DNA from: Nannocystis bainbridge
GTDB lineage: Bacteria; Myxococcota_A; Polyangia; Nannocystales; Nannocystaceae
Reading direction: 5' to 3'
DNA length: 64,000 nucleotides
Assembly (NCBI RefSeq): GCF_028368995.1
Contig: NZ_JAQNDL010000001.1
Span: forward strand, 2,400,001 to 2,464,000
The notes beneath the pieces were generated by a model. It had not been told where the DNA came from and did no database searches. It was given only the letters and a program-made list of their open reading frames with translations. How positions within the stretch are numbered: position 1 is the first letter of the stretch; each line of letters starts with the position of its first letter. The translations under genes and the position numbers were made by a program. This document shows, piece by piece, positions 40,681-50,400 of this stretch.

Positions 40681-42219
40681 ATGTCGGCCGCGCCCGGGAC
40701 CCGCCTGCTGCTCGCCTCGGTGCTGGTGGTCGCCACCTGCGGCCTCGTCTACGAGCTGATCGCCGCGACCATGGCGAGCTACCTGCTGGGCGACAGCGTC
40801 ACCCAGTGGAGCCTCGTCATCGGCGTCTACCTCAGCGCCATGGGCCTCGGCTCGTGGCTCAGCAAGTTCGTCGTCAGGGACCTGCACGCCCGCTTCATCG
40901 CCGTCCAGCTGGTGATCGCCGTGGTCGGCGGCCTGTCGGCGGTCGCGCTGTTCTACGGCTACGCCTACCTCGCCAGCGTGCGCCCGCTGCTGTTCTCGAT
41001 CCTGGTGATCGTCGGTACCATGGTCGGGCTCGAGATCCCGCTGTTGATACGGATCGTCGGCGCCGGCGAGGAGCTGAAGGACACGGTCGCGCGGGTGCTC
41101 GCGTTCGACTACGTCGGCGCGCTGCTGGCCAGCCTGCTGTTCCCGCTGGCGCTGCTGCCCCACCTCGGCCTGGTGCGCACCAGCATGCTGTGCGGCCTGT
41201 TCAACGCCGCGGTCGCGCTGGCCTGCACCTGGGTGTTCCGCGCCCACCTGCCGCGCCCGCGCGCCGCCCTGGTCCAGGCCGCCCTGGTCTGCGCCGCGCT
41301 CGCGGCCGGCCTCGCCGTCGGCGGCCGGCTCGAGCGCCTGGCCGAGCGCGAGCTCTACGACGCCCCCGTCATCTTCTCCGAGAAGACCGCCTACCAGCGG
41401 CTCTCGATCACCCGCAGCGGCGACGACATCCGCCTCTACATCGACGGCAACCTGCAGTTCGCCAGCAGCGACGAGCACCGCTACCACGAGGCCCTGGTCC
41501 ATCCCGCCCTCGCCGGCGTCGCCCCGCGCCGGGCCCTCGTGCTCGGCGGCGGCGACGGCCTGGCCGTGCGCGAGCTGCTCAAGTACCCGGGCCTGGAGCG
41601 CATCGACCTCGTCGACCTCGATCCCGGCATGACCCGCCTGTTCGGCCGCGACCCGCTGCTGGTCCGCATCAACCGCGGCAGCCTGACCGACCCGCGCGTC
41701 CACGTGCACAACGCCGACGCCATGCGCTGGCTCGAAGGACATGTCCGCACGAACAGCGAGGTCTACGACGTCGCGGTCGTCGACCTGCCCGACCCCAACA
41801 ACTTCTCGCTCGGCAAGCTCTACACCGGCTCGTTCTACCGCCTGCTGCGCCGGGTCCTCTCGCCCGCCGGGGTCGGGGTGGTCCAGGCGACCTCGCCGTA
41901 CCTGGCGCCGCGCTCGTTCTGGTGCGTGGTCAAGACGCTCGCCGCCGCCGAGCTGCACCCGCGCCCCTACCACGCCCACGTGCCGTCGTTCGGCGACTGG
42001 GGCTTCGTGCTGGTGTCGCCGGCCCCGCGCCCCGAGCCGACCCACCTGGCCGACGTGCCGCTGCGGTTCCTCGACGACGCCCTGCTGCCGACCCTGTTCG
42101 TGTTCCCGCGCGACCAGCAGCCGCCCGACGTCGAGGCCAACCGCCTCAACGATCAGCTGCTCGTCCACTACTACGAGGAGGACCTGCGGGCCCTGCCCGG
42201 CCGCGGAGGCCGCGGATGA
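40681..42219 (+). CDS. speE: Membrane-bound polyamine aminopropyltransferase (spermidine synthase-like)
   Basis: Seven-TM N-terminus (CGLVYEL, GLEIPL, DYVGAL); LQFASSDEHRYHEALVHP, LGGGDGLA, DLPDP and VPSFGDWGF. Confidence 0.9.
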   Translation: MSAAPGTRLLLASVLVVATCGLVYELIAATMASYLLGDSVTQWSLVIGVYLSAMGLGSWLSKFVVRDLHARFIAVQLVIAVVGGLSAVALFYGYAYLASVRPLLFSILVIVGTMVGLEIPLLIRIVGAGEELKDTVARVLAFDYVGALLASLLFPLALLPHLGLVRTSMLCGLFNAAVALACTWVFRAHLPRPRAALVQAALVCAALAAGLAVGGRLERLAERELYDAPVIFSEKTAYQRLSITRSGDDIRLYIDGNLQFASSDEHRYHEALVHPALAGVAPRRALVLGGGDGLAVRELLKYPGLERIDLVDLDPGMTRLFGRDPLLVRINRGSLTDPRVHVHNADAMRWLEGHVRTNSEVYDVAVVDLPDPNNFSLGKLYTGSFYRLLRRVLSPAGVGVVQATSPYLAPRSFWCVVKTLAAAELHPRPYHAHVPSFGDWGFVLVSPAPRPEPTHLADVPLRFLDDALLPTLFVFPRDQQPPDVEANRLNDQLLVHYYEEDLRALPGRGGRG

Positions 42220-42391
42220 GCGCTCGGGACATGTCCTTCCGTTGCTGTCGCATGGGACATGTCCTTTATGACATGCGATCGCGGCCGCGGCGTCGCAAGT
42301 GCGCCACTACCCTGCTCGTTCGTACATGTCCCCGGAGACAGACGACCGGCCCGCGCGCTCCCGTCTCCTCGCGTCGCCCCGGGGCCCGCGC

Positions 42392-44023
42392 GTGAAGCGG
42401 CGCGGCTTCCTCGGCGCCACCGCCGGCACCCTGGCGACGGCCGCCTGCGGCCCAAGCACGCCGCCTCCGCCGGCGATCGCGTTCGTCGGCCCCGACCCCG
42501 AGCGCAGCCATCACCTGCGCGAAGGGACATGGCGCGAAGGACCTGTCCATGAGACCATTCACACCGACGTCGCCATCGTCGGCGGCGGCGTGGCCGGCAG
42601 CGCCGCCGCCTGGCGCCTGCGCCGGGCCGGCCTCGCCGATCTCCACCTGTTCGAGCTCGAGGACGAGGTCGGCGGCACCGCGCGCGGCGGCGAGCTGCCG
42701 CGCTCGCGCCACCCGCTCGGCGCCCACTACCTGCCGACCCCGCCGCCGGACTGCCCCGCGCTCGAGCGCCTGCTGACCGACCTCGGCGTCATCCTCGGCC
42801 GCGACGCGCACGGCCGACCCGAGTACGCCCCCTCGGCGATCGCCGCCGCCCCGCTCGAGCGGCATTTCGGCCGCGGCCGCTGGTACGAGGGCCTCTACCC
42901 TGCCGCCGGCGAGACCGCCGAAGAGGCCGCCCAGTGGGCCCGCTGGCACGCCCACCTGCGCGCGCTCGACGGCCGGCGCGGCGGCGACGGCAAGCCGCTG
43001 TTCGCCATCCCCGTCGCCCGCAGCAGCGCCGAGCTGCGCCACCTCGACGCCGTCTCGTTCGCGCAGCACCTCGACGAGCTCGAGCTCCGCAGCGAGCGCC
43101 TGCGCTGGGCCCTCGACTACGCCTGCCGCGACGACTACGGCTGCACCCTCGCCCAGACCTCGGCCTTCGCCGGCCTGCATCATTTCCTCGCGCGCGGCCT
43201 CGAGGAGACCCGCGGCGGCTTCCTCCTCACCTGGCCCGAGGGCAACGCGCGGCTCGTGCGCGGCATGCTCGAGCGCGCCGACCTCGGCGCTCGCCTCCAC
43301 CGCGGCGCGGCGGTCGTCGCCGTCGACCCGCACGCCGGCGAGCTCCGCGTGCACTGCCCCGGCGACGGCCGCCGCCTGCGCGTCCACGCCCGATCGATCT
43401 TGTGGGCCGCCCCCCGCTTCGTCCTCGGCCGCCTGCTCGTCGGCCCCGATCCGCTGCCTGTCGGCGCGCTGACCTACGCCCCCTGGCTGGTCGCCAGCGT
43501 CGAGGTCCGCAACGCCCCGCGAGGCGTCGGCGCTCGCCTCGCGTGGGACAACGTCCCGCTGGCCGGCTCCAGCCTCGGCTACGTCGTCGCCACCCACGGT
43601 GAGACCGCCGACGAGCGCCAGCCCGGCGCCGTGCTCACCTACTACGAGCCGCTGTGCGGCGACGGCCCCGCCGAACTCGCCGCCCAGCGTCAGCGCCTAC
43701 TCGCCGGCGATCGTTCACACTGGGCCGACCACGTCATCAGCGCGCTCGCGGCCATGCACCCCGGTATCGCCAGCGAGATCTCCGAGGTCGCCATCACGCG
43801 CTGGGGACACGCCATGATCCGCCCCGTCCCCGGCCTGCTGTTCGGCGAGAACCTCGCCCTCGCCAGCGCCCCGATCGGCCGCCTGCGCCCGTGCGCGGCC
43901 GACGTCGCCGGCCTGCCGCTGTTCGAGGAGGCCTTTTACAAGGGGAGCCGCGCCGCGCTGGCGGCCCTCGCCGACCTCGGCCGCGCCGCCCCCGACGCCC
44001 TCGCCGACGAGATTTTTATATGA
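42392..44023 (+). CDS. Tat-exported FAD-dependent amine-oxidase-like oxidoreductase
   Basis: KRRGFLG twin-arginine motif plus LATAAC; IVGGGVAG Rossmann; GAHYLP, YACRDDYG, WGHAMIRP and LFEEA. Confidence 0.85.
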   Translation: MKRRGFLGATAGTLATAACGPSTPPPPAIAFVGPDPERSHHLREGTWREGPVHETIHTDVAIVGGGVAGSAAAWRLRRAGLADLHLFELEDEVGGTARGGELPRSRHPLGAHYLPTPPPDCPALERLLTDLGVILGRDAHGRPEYAPSAIAAAPLERHFGRGRWYEGLYPAAGETAEEAAQWARWHAHLRALDGRRGGDGKPLFAIPVARSSAELRHLDAVSFAQHLDELELRSERLRWALDYACRDDYGCTLAQTSAFAGLHHFLARGLEETRGGFLLTWPEGNARLVRGMLERADLGARLHRGAAVVAVDPHAGELRVHCPGDGRRLRVHARSILWAAPRFVLGRLLVGPDPLPVGALTYAPWLVASVEVRNAPRGVGARLAWDNVPLAGSSLGYVVATHGETADERQPGAVLTYYEPLCGDGPAELAAQRQRLLAGDRSHWADHVISALAAMHPGIASEISEVAITRWGHAMIRPVPGLLFGENLALASAPIGRLRPCAADVAGLPLFEEAFYKGSRAALAALADLGRAAPDALADEIFI

Positions 44024-44548
44024 CTCTTCGGACATGTCCATGAGGGCATGTCCGAAAGCCCACCCTGCACGTGACCATTTTAACCCTCGCCTTCGGGCGT
44101 GGGCCGTCGCGGCGCAGGCGGCCGCGGAGCTGACGTTTTGGTCGGCGACAAGCAGCGGCGTCCTCTCCGAGTTCCGGACCGCAAGCCAGGCTCTCACGCG
44201 CGCTGGCCCTTCAGACCCACCGCCGGTCGGCGCTCCCGCCGAAGCGCGTCATCCCGGCGGAGCTCCGCGCCAGCCGCCCGCCTCTCGGCTTCGTGCCACC
44301 GCCGCGGTCGAGCCGAGCTCCCATGTCTCTTCGGACATCCCCGCGATCGCCTCGCCGCGCTGCCGCCCGCCCGCTCTGCGAAACTATTTTGAGAAAAACA
44401 TGTCCCGAGGGACATGTTCTGCGCCGGGACCGCTGCCCTGGGCACAAACGGCCGCAGCGCGCGCCCCCCGTCCGCGTCTGTCGATCCCGACAGCTCCTGA
44501 GCGGTCTTGCCCGTCCCTGCGCGCCCGCGGCCGCGCTATCCTCCTCGT

Positions 44549-45130
44549 GTGCCGCTGTCGCTCGCGCAGCTCGAGGCGCTCTCGCAACAGGCCTTCCCGA
44601 CCCAGGCCGTCGCGCGGCGTGACCCTGATGGTTACGCCGCCCTCCACGCCGCGATCGCCGAGGCTATCCTTCCGGTCGCGCGCGCGCTCGAGTTCGACAT
44701 GGACGACTTCGTCGCTCGCAGTCAGGACGAGCTGCTCGCCCTCCCGCCGCACATCCTGTTCGTGTGGTGCGACGAGGCCGACCTCATGGCCTCGTTCTAC
44801 GCCCTGCCCGAGGCCGACATCGCCGCCAACGTCGCCCAGGCCCTGCACGCCGTCGCCGGCCTGCGCTTCGGCGACCCCGCCCAGCTGCCCTCCGAGCAGC
44901 GCGGCGCGGTCCTCCGGATCATGGCCGCGATCGGCACTCCGCTGGCCCGCGACGCCGACGACTTCTTCGCCGCCTACGTCGACGGCGCCGCCCACGACCC
45001 CGAGCTCCCGGTCCGCGCCGAGGTCGAGGCCCTGTTCGACCAGTTCGCCCCCTGCTTCGTGCCCGACGCCGACGGCCTCGATCGCCGCTTCACCCGCGTG
45101 ATCGCCGTCCACCGCCACATCGACGCCTAG
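44549..45130 (+). CDS. Hypothetical protein
   Basis: Acidic globular ORF with strong GC3 bias; GTG start inferred. Confidence 0.65.
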   Translation: MPLSLAQLEALSQQAFPTQAVARRDPDGYAALHAAIAEAILPVARALEFDMDDFVARSQDELLALPPHILFVWCDEADLMASFYALPEADIAANVAQALHAVAGLRFGDPAQLPSEQRGAVLRIMAAIGTPLARDADDFFAAYVDGAAHDPELPVRAEVEALFDQFAPCFVPDADGLDRRFTRVIAVHRHIDA

Positions 45131-45242
45131 CATGTCTCCGAGGACATTTTTCTAGGGGCATGTCCCAAAGGACAGCCAGGATCGATCATCGGACTGCCGG
45201 CGCCAGCACCCCACCTGCACTTCGGGCCAGGTGGAGCTCCGC

Positions 45243-46142
45243 TCAGCCCGCGCGCCCCACCACCTCGCGGATCGCCGCCACCAACGCCTCGGGCACCTCC
45301 TCCTGTAAAAAGTGCCCGGCCGCGGTTCGCCGCACGCTCGCGCCCGGGAACGCCCGCTCGTGGCGGGCCAGCGCGCGACCGAGGATCGGGTCGCGCTCGC
45401 CCCATACCAGCGCCAGCGGCCCTCCGGCGGCCGTGAAACCGCGCAGCCACGCTTCACCGCGCCGCAGCGGCGGGACGCTCGGGTGCTCCAGACCATCCGG
45501 GACCATGCGCGCCAGCGCCAGAGGACCTGCCCTTTCGGACAGATTCCGCAGCGGCCAGCGGTAGGCCCGGGCCACTGGCCCCCAGATCGATCGCCGATCG
45601 CCCTGCGCCACCCAGAGCGTCGACTGCGGGAACCCGAGGCCGCGAAACACCAGATCGCTGATCACCGGCACCCGCGCGAACCGGTGAAACCACGTCCCGC
45701 GCGGCCGCGACGGCAGCACCACCGACGTGTTGCCCAGCACCACGCCGGCCACGCGCTCGGGCATGTGAGCGGCCAGCGCCACTCCCAGCGCGCCGCCCCA
45801 GTCCTGACCGACCAGCACGAAGCGGCGCAGCCCCAGCGTCTCCACCAGCTCCGTCAGCGCCGCCACGTGTCGCTCGACCGAGTGCTCGTGCAGCGCGATC
45901 CGGCTCGAGAGGCCGAACCCGAGCAGGTCGGGCGCGACGCAGCGCAGCCCCGAGAGCCCCGCGATCACGTCGCGCCACAGGAAGCTCCAGGTCGGGTTGC
46001 CGTGGAGCAGGAGCACCACCGGCGCTGCGGGGTCGCCGTGGTCGATGCGGTGGATCCGGCACCCGTCTCGCAGCGCGCTCACGCTCCGCCGCAGCGGCAA
46101 CAGGGCAGCGAGCCACGCCGGCAACTCGGGGACGTCGAACAT
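45243..46142 (-). CDS. Haloalkane dehalogenase / OleB-like alpha/beta hydrolase
   Basis: LLHGNPTWSFLW, APDLLGFGLS, GQDWGG nucleophile Asp and AGHFLQEE. Confidence 0.88.
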   Translation of the reverse strand: MFDVPELPAWLAALLPLRRSVSALRDGCRIHRIDHGDPAAPVVLLLHGNPTWSFLWRDVIAGLSGLRCVAPDLLGFGLSSRIALHEHSVERHVAALTELVETLGLRRFVLVGQDWGGALGVALAAHMPERVAGVVLGNTSVVLPSRPRGTWFHRFARVPVISDLVFRGLGFPQSTLWVAQGDRRSIWGPVARAYRWPLRNLSERAGPLALARMVPDGLEHPSVPPLRRGEAWLRGFTAAGGPLALVWGERDPILGRALARHERAFPGASVRRTAAGHFLQEEVPEALVAAIREVVGRAG

Positions 46143-46194
46143 CGCCCGACGGCAACACAGCCGCCGGACGATGTAAAGCGCGCCGCGTCAGCGC

Positions 46195-47424
46195 TCAGTG
46201 GCCGCCGTGGCCGTGGCCGTGCCCATGGCCGTGCCCGTGCCCGTTCCCGTGGCCGTGCCCGCCCCAGCCGCCGTCGTCGTCGTCGTCATCGTCGTCGTCG
46301 TCGTCGCCGTTCGGCAGGCCCTCGCCGTACTTGTCGAACGAGCTGACGAGCAGCGCGCGGTGATCGTCGAGCGAGCCGCAGTCCTTGGGCGCCTTGACGG
46401 GCTTGCCCTTCTTGTCCAGGAAGCACTTGGGGTAGAGCCCCTGCTCCTTGTACTCTTGGTGGCGGATGTCACGGAGGCAGGTGGCCCCGTCCGGGGTCCA
46501 CTCGGCCTCGATGAACCAGTTGGTCGCGCGGGCCTCGACCTGCGGCGACATGTGGTCCCACAGGTCGATCGGCGTCCCGTTGACCGTCCACGGCTCACCG
46601 TTGCCGCAGTAGTCGGCGCGAGCCATGCGCGTGCAAGCCTGGTGATGATCTCGCAGCGAGATCGTCTTGCAGTTCTTGCCCTTCTTCCAGTCCTTGCAGC
46701 GCTTGGTGGTCGCCCACGGGCGATAGCCCCACATCACGCACTTGGCGATGACGGCGTTCGTGCAGGCCCAAACGAACACGTTGGGGTCGTCGACGCGGTC
46801 GCCGGTCTCGAGGTTCCAGTAGTTGGCCACCGGGATCGCCGGCACCATGCCGCCCTGACCGTCCTGACACAGCGGCTTCCACTGGTTCGAATTCTTGGCC
46901 CGGTGGACCACGTCGTACAGGTACACGTCGTCCTGGTCCGGCGACTTGGTGATGTCGTCGATGCGCAGGACGTAGTCCTCGTAGACTTCCTTGCCGTTGA
47001 CGACCTGCCCGACGGTCAGCTGCCACTCGGAGCCGATGAAGTCCTTGCCCTTCGCGGGCACCTTCTTGCCGTTCTTGATCACCTTGGCGCTGAACTCCGA
47101 CCCGTTCAGCACCGGCCCGTTCAGCACCGGACCGTTGAGCACCGGCCCGTTCAGGTTCACGCCGTTCAGCACCGGCCCCTGCATCAGTGGGCCCTCGAGC
47201 ACGTTGCCGTTCAGCACCGGCCCGTTCAGCACCGGCCCCAGGATGATGCCCTGCAGCACGGGCCCGTTCAGCACCGGGCCTTGCAGCACGGGGCTGTTCA
47301 GCTCGACTGCGTTGAATTCTTCGTCACGGGTCGAGACGACATCGGAGGGTGCATCCGCCCCCACGTAGCACCCTGCGCTGAGACCCAGCAGCGACACGAC
47401 AAGCGCCACACGACGCACGGCCAT
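46195..47424 (-). CDS. ADYC-domain lipoprotein with GPVLN pentapeptide repeats and an Asp/His-Gly tail
   Basis: Lipobox SAGC; about 12 (G)PVL(N/Q) units; AKCVMWGYRPW and HQACTRMARADYCGNG; tail D11-GGWGG-(HG)n. Confidence 0.88.
   Translation of the reverse strand: MAVRRVALVVSLLGLSAGCYVGADAPSDVVSTRDEEFNAVELNSPVLQGPVLNGPVLQGIILGPVLNGPVLNGNVLEGPLMQGPVLNGVNLNGPVLNGPVLNGPVLNGSEFSAKVIKNGKKVPAKGKDFIGSEWQLTVGQVVNGKEVYEDYVLRIDDITKSPDQDDVYLYDVVHRAKNSNQWKPLCQDGQGGMVPAIPVANYWNLETGDRVDDPNVFVWACTNAVIAKCVMWGYRPWATTKRCKDWKKGKNCKTISLRDHHQACTRMARADYCGNGEPWTVNGTPIDLWDHMSPQVEARATNWFIEAEWTPDGATCLRDIRHQEYKEQGLYPKCFLDKKGKPVKAPKDCGSLDDHRALLVSSFDKYGEGLPNGDDDDDDDDDDDGGWGGHGHGNGHGHGHGHGHGHGGH
47098..47300 (-). repeat. 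15-bp coding tandem repeat GGGCCGGTGCTGAAC (GPVLN)
   Basis: Plus strand shows repeated GTTCAGCACCGGCCC. Confidence 0.9.
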
Positions 47425-47497
47425 AACCACCCCCCATCGACTCCCCGTACTGTAGCACAGTCCGCGGACATATGAAAGGACATCTGTCCGAGCGAGC

Positions 47498-50400
47498 TCA
47501 CTTTTGGGCGCGCGTCAGCGGCCATGTCGCACACACGCGCAACCCGACCGTACTATGCCGAAAACTCGTAGGGATCTCGAAGCGGTTGGAGACTCGCCCG
47601 GCGAATTCATTATAGTAGAACCCACCGCCGCGCGCATTCAATTGCTTGTGGTCGTACGGCGACACCGTGAATTCGTAGGCGTTGCCGATCGTGTCATAGA
47701 GGCCGTAGGGGCTCACCGATTGGGGATACGAGCCCACCGGGTCGGGGCCGAACGCCGATCCCAGCAGGCCGTACGTCCTGTCGATATTGGCCTCGCTGGC
47801 CTCGAGGCGCTGGCCGATGGAGAATCGTCGGTCGTCGGCGCCGCGGGCTGCACGCTCCCATTCGTGTTCATCACAGAAACGGGCGCCTGGGACTCGCCCC
47901 GAGGAATCGAGCCACGCGAAATACGCTATCGCCTCCTCGACCCCGATTCCCGTCACTGGCAGACGTTCCCATTCGACGCGGGCCCGCTGCGTCCTGCCCT
48001 CGTAGACCAGGGGCTCGCCGGTCCGCGCGGTGTACACACGCTCCGTCTGATGCAGCTCGAGCTGCCAGCCGCCCTGGGCCAGCTCGGTGAGGCGGGCGCT
48101 GTCGGACAGCACCCGCGCGGCGTTGATCGCCAGGATCGCCGCGCGTTCGCCGGGCGGCAGCGCCGACAGGAACTCGATGTAGTCGGCCCACGTCACCTCA
48201 TGCCGACCGATGACGTAGGCCCCGGTCTGCACGCTGTGCAGCGGCTCGGCGCTCATCGACACGCGCAGGTCGACGATGTCGCCGGTGCCGTACAGGAAGC
48301 GGCCGGCGGGCACGTAGACGAAGCCCGCGGGGATGGTGTCGGTCGGCGGGAGCACGACCGAGAAGTCGGCGACCTCCTCGCGCGCCAGCGCGATCGGCAG
48401 GGTCACCGGCGCGTAGCCCTCGAGCTCGAAGCGCAGGCGATACGACCCACGATCGAGCGGACGCGCCGGCACCGGCGTGACCCCCAGCGTCTCGGTCGCG
48501 TCGATGCGGGCCCGCGACGCGTCGTAGCGCTCGAGCTGGACCCGCGCCCCCGGCGGCTCGCTCGTCACCGAGAACTGGGCCGGCGCGTTCCACCGCCCGA
48601 TCCGCGCCCCGTCCTCGTCGTAGAGCTTCAGGCGCTCGAGCAGGTCCTGGATCACGAACTCGCCGTGACCCGCCTGTTCGGCCAGCAGCGCGCGCTCGAG
48701 CAGCACCTCGCCGAGGCGGTCGCGGACATCGTCGCGCCGGCCGTCGAGGCTCAGCGCCGTCTCGAGCTTCTGCGCCGAGCGGGCCAGCCGCAGCTCCGCC
48801 TCCGGCAGCGTCGCCTCGTAGCGGGTCCACAGCCCGTCGGCGTGGGTCTGCTTGCCGGCGTCGTAGGCCGCCAGCGCTTGCGTCCGCAGCGCCTCGGCGT
48901 CGGCCCGCGCCTTGCCGGCGACCGCCCGCTCCTGCTCGGCCGCGGTCACCTGCGCGTCGACCTTGAGCCGCAGGTCGCGCTGGCCCTTGAGCCACATCGC
49001 CGCGTACATCGAGATCGCGACCGCCGGCACCAGCACGATCGCCCCGCGTCGCAGCGCCCGCACCCGCGCCGCCGCCGTCTTGCACGCGGCGATGAAGTCG
49101 CGCTCCTTCGGCCGCAGCGACGCCGGGTCGAGCGCCACCACCTCTTGCAGCGGCGCCCCGCTCCACAGCGCGTCGCGGCCGCGGCCGAGCCGCTCCCACT
49201 CGGTGACCGCGAGCTCGAGCCGGTGCCGCACCGCCCGGCCGTCGCGCTCCTCCTCGAGCCAGGTGCTGAGCGTCGACCACCCGCCGAGCAGCGCCTCGTG
49301 GGCGATCTCGAAGACCGCGTCGTCGTTGACCTCGCGGGCCACCACCAGGCGCCCGCGCACCAAAGCCTTGAGCGCCTCGGCGGCCGCGGGCGAGTCGGAG
49401 GTCAGCTCGTCTTCGGTCCGCACCGCGCGGGTGTCGTCGACCGTCACGAGGCGCATCAAGATCCGCCGCGCCGCCGCGCGCTGGGCCGGGATCAGCTCGG
49501 CGAGCACCGCGTCGCCGTGCCGCGCCAGCGCCCCGGTCACGCCGCCGACTTTGCGCAGGTCGGCCGGCGAGATGATGTTGGTCGCCTGGTCGCGCAGCTC
49601 CCACAGCTCGGCCAGCGCGAACTGCAGCAGCGGCAGGCTGCCGCGCGCGCCGGCCTCGACCAGCTCGTCGACCAGCGTCGACGGCTCGAAGCGCACGCCC
49701 TTGACCTTGGCCGGGCCGACGATCGCCTCGCGCGCGCCCTCGGGCGACAGCGGCCGGAGGATGTAGATCGCCCGCGACAGCTCGTCGCCGATGCCCGGCA
49801 CCTGGACCACGCGCGTCAAGAAATCGCCGCGCACCGTCGCCATCACCCGCAGCCCCGGCAACCCGGATGCCAGACGCGCCAGCAGCGGGCCGACCACCGC
49901 GACCTCCTGCGTCGCGCTCAGCGTCACCAGCTCCTCGAACTGATCGATCACCAGCAGCCGCCCGCGCGCCTCGCCGAGCTGCTTGCGCAGCGACCGGACC
50001 AGCTCGCCCGGGCTCTCGGCGATCAGCGCGGAGAGTGTCTCTTCGGACATGTCGAAGAGGACAGCCAGCGTCGACACCAGCGTCTGCAGCGGGTAGCGGC
50101 CCGGGGTCATCGCCGCCGAGGCCCACTGGCGGTGGTGGTCGAGGTTGCCCTCCTCGACCATCGGCACCACGCCGGCCTTGACGAGCGACGACTTGCCGAC
50201 GCCCGAGTCGCCGGCGACGACCACCAGCGCGTCGGCGCGGAGGCGCTCGAGCACGGCGCGGATCTCGACGCCGCGGCCGAAGAACACCGCGCGGTGCTTC
50301 GACTCGAACGCCTGCAGGCCGCGGTACGGGTTGCCCTCGGGGATCACCAGCTCGCGGCCGCTCGGCTGCAGCGACTCGAGCGCGGCCAACAGATCGTCGG

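Noticed and set aside
44050-44540. Possible small gene or MITE in the long spacer
   Set aside because: No terminal inverted repeats or target duplication and no credible ORF; it contains only 14-bp clusters (44322/44336, 44399/44413).
47498-47700. DGR variable region in the FGE domain
   Set aside because: No template repeat or reverse transcriptase in the window, and the deviation is at third codon positions throughout ~180 codons rather than confined to a short variable region; kept only as a compositional finding.
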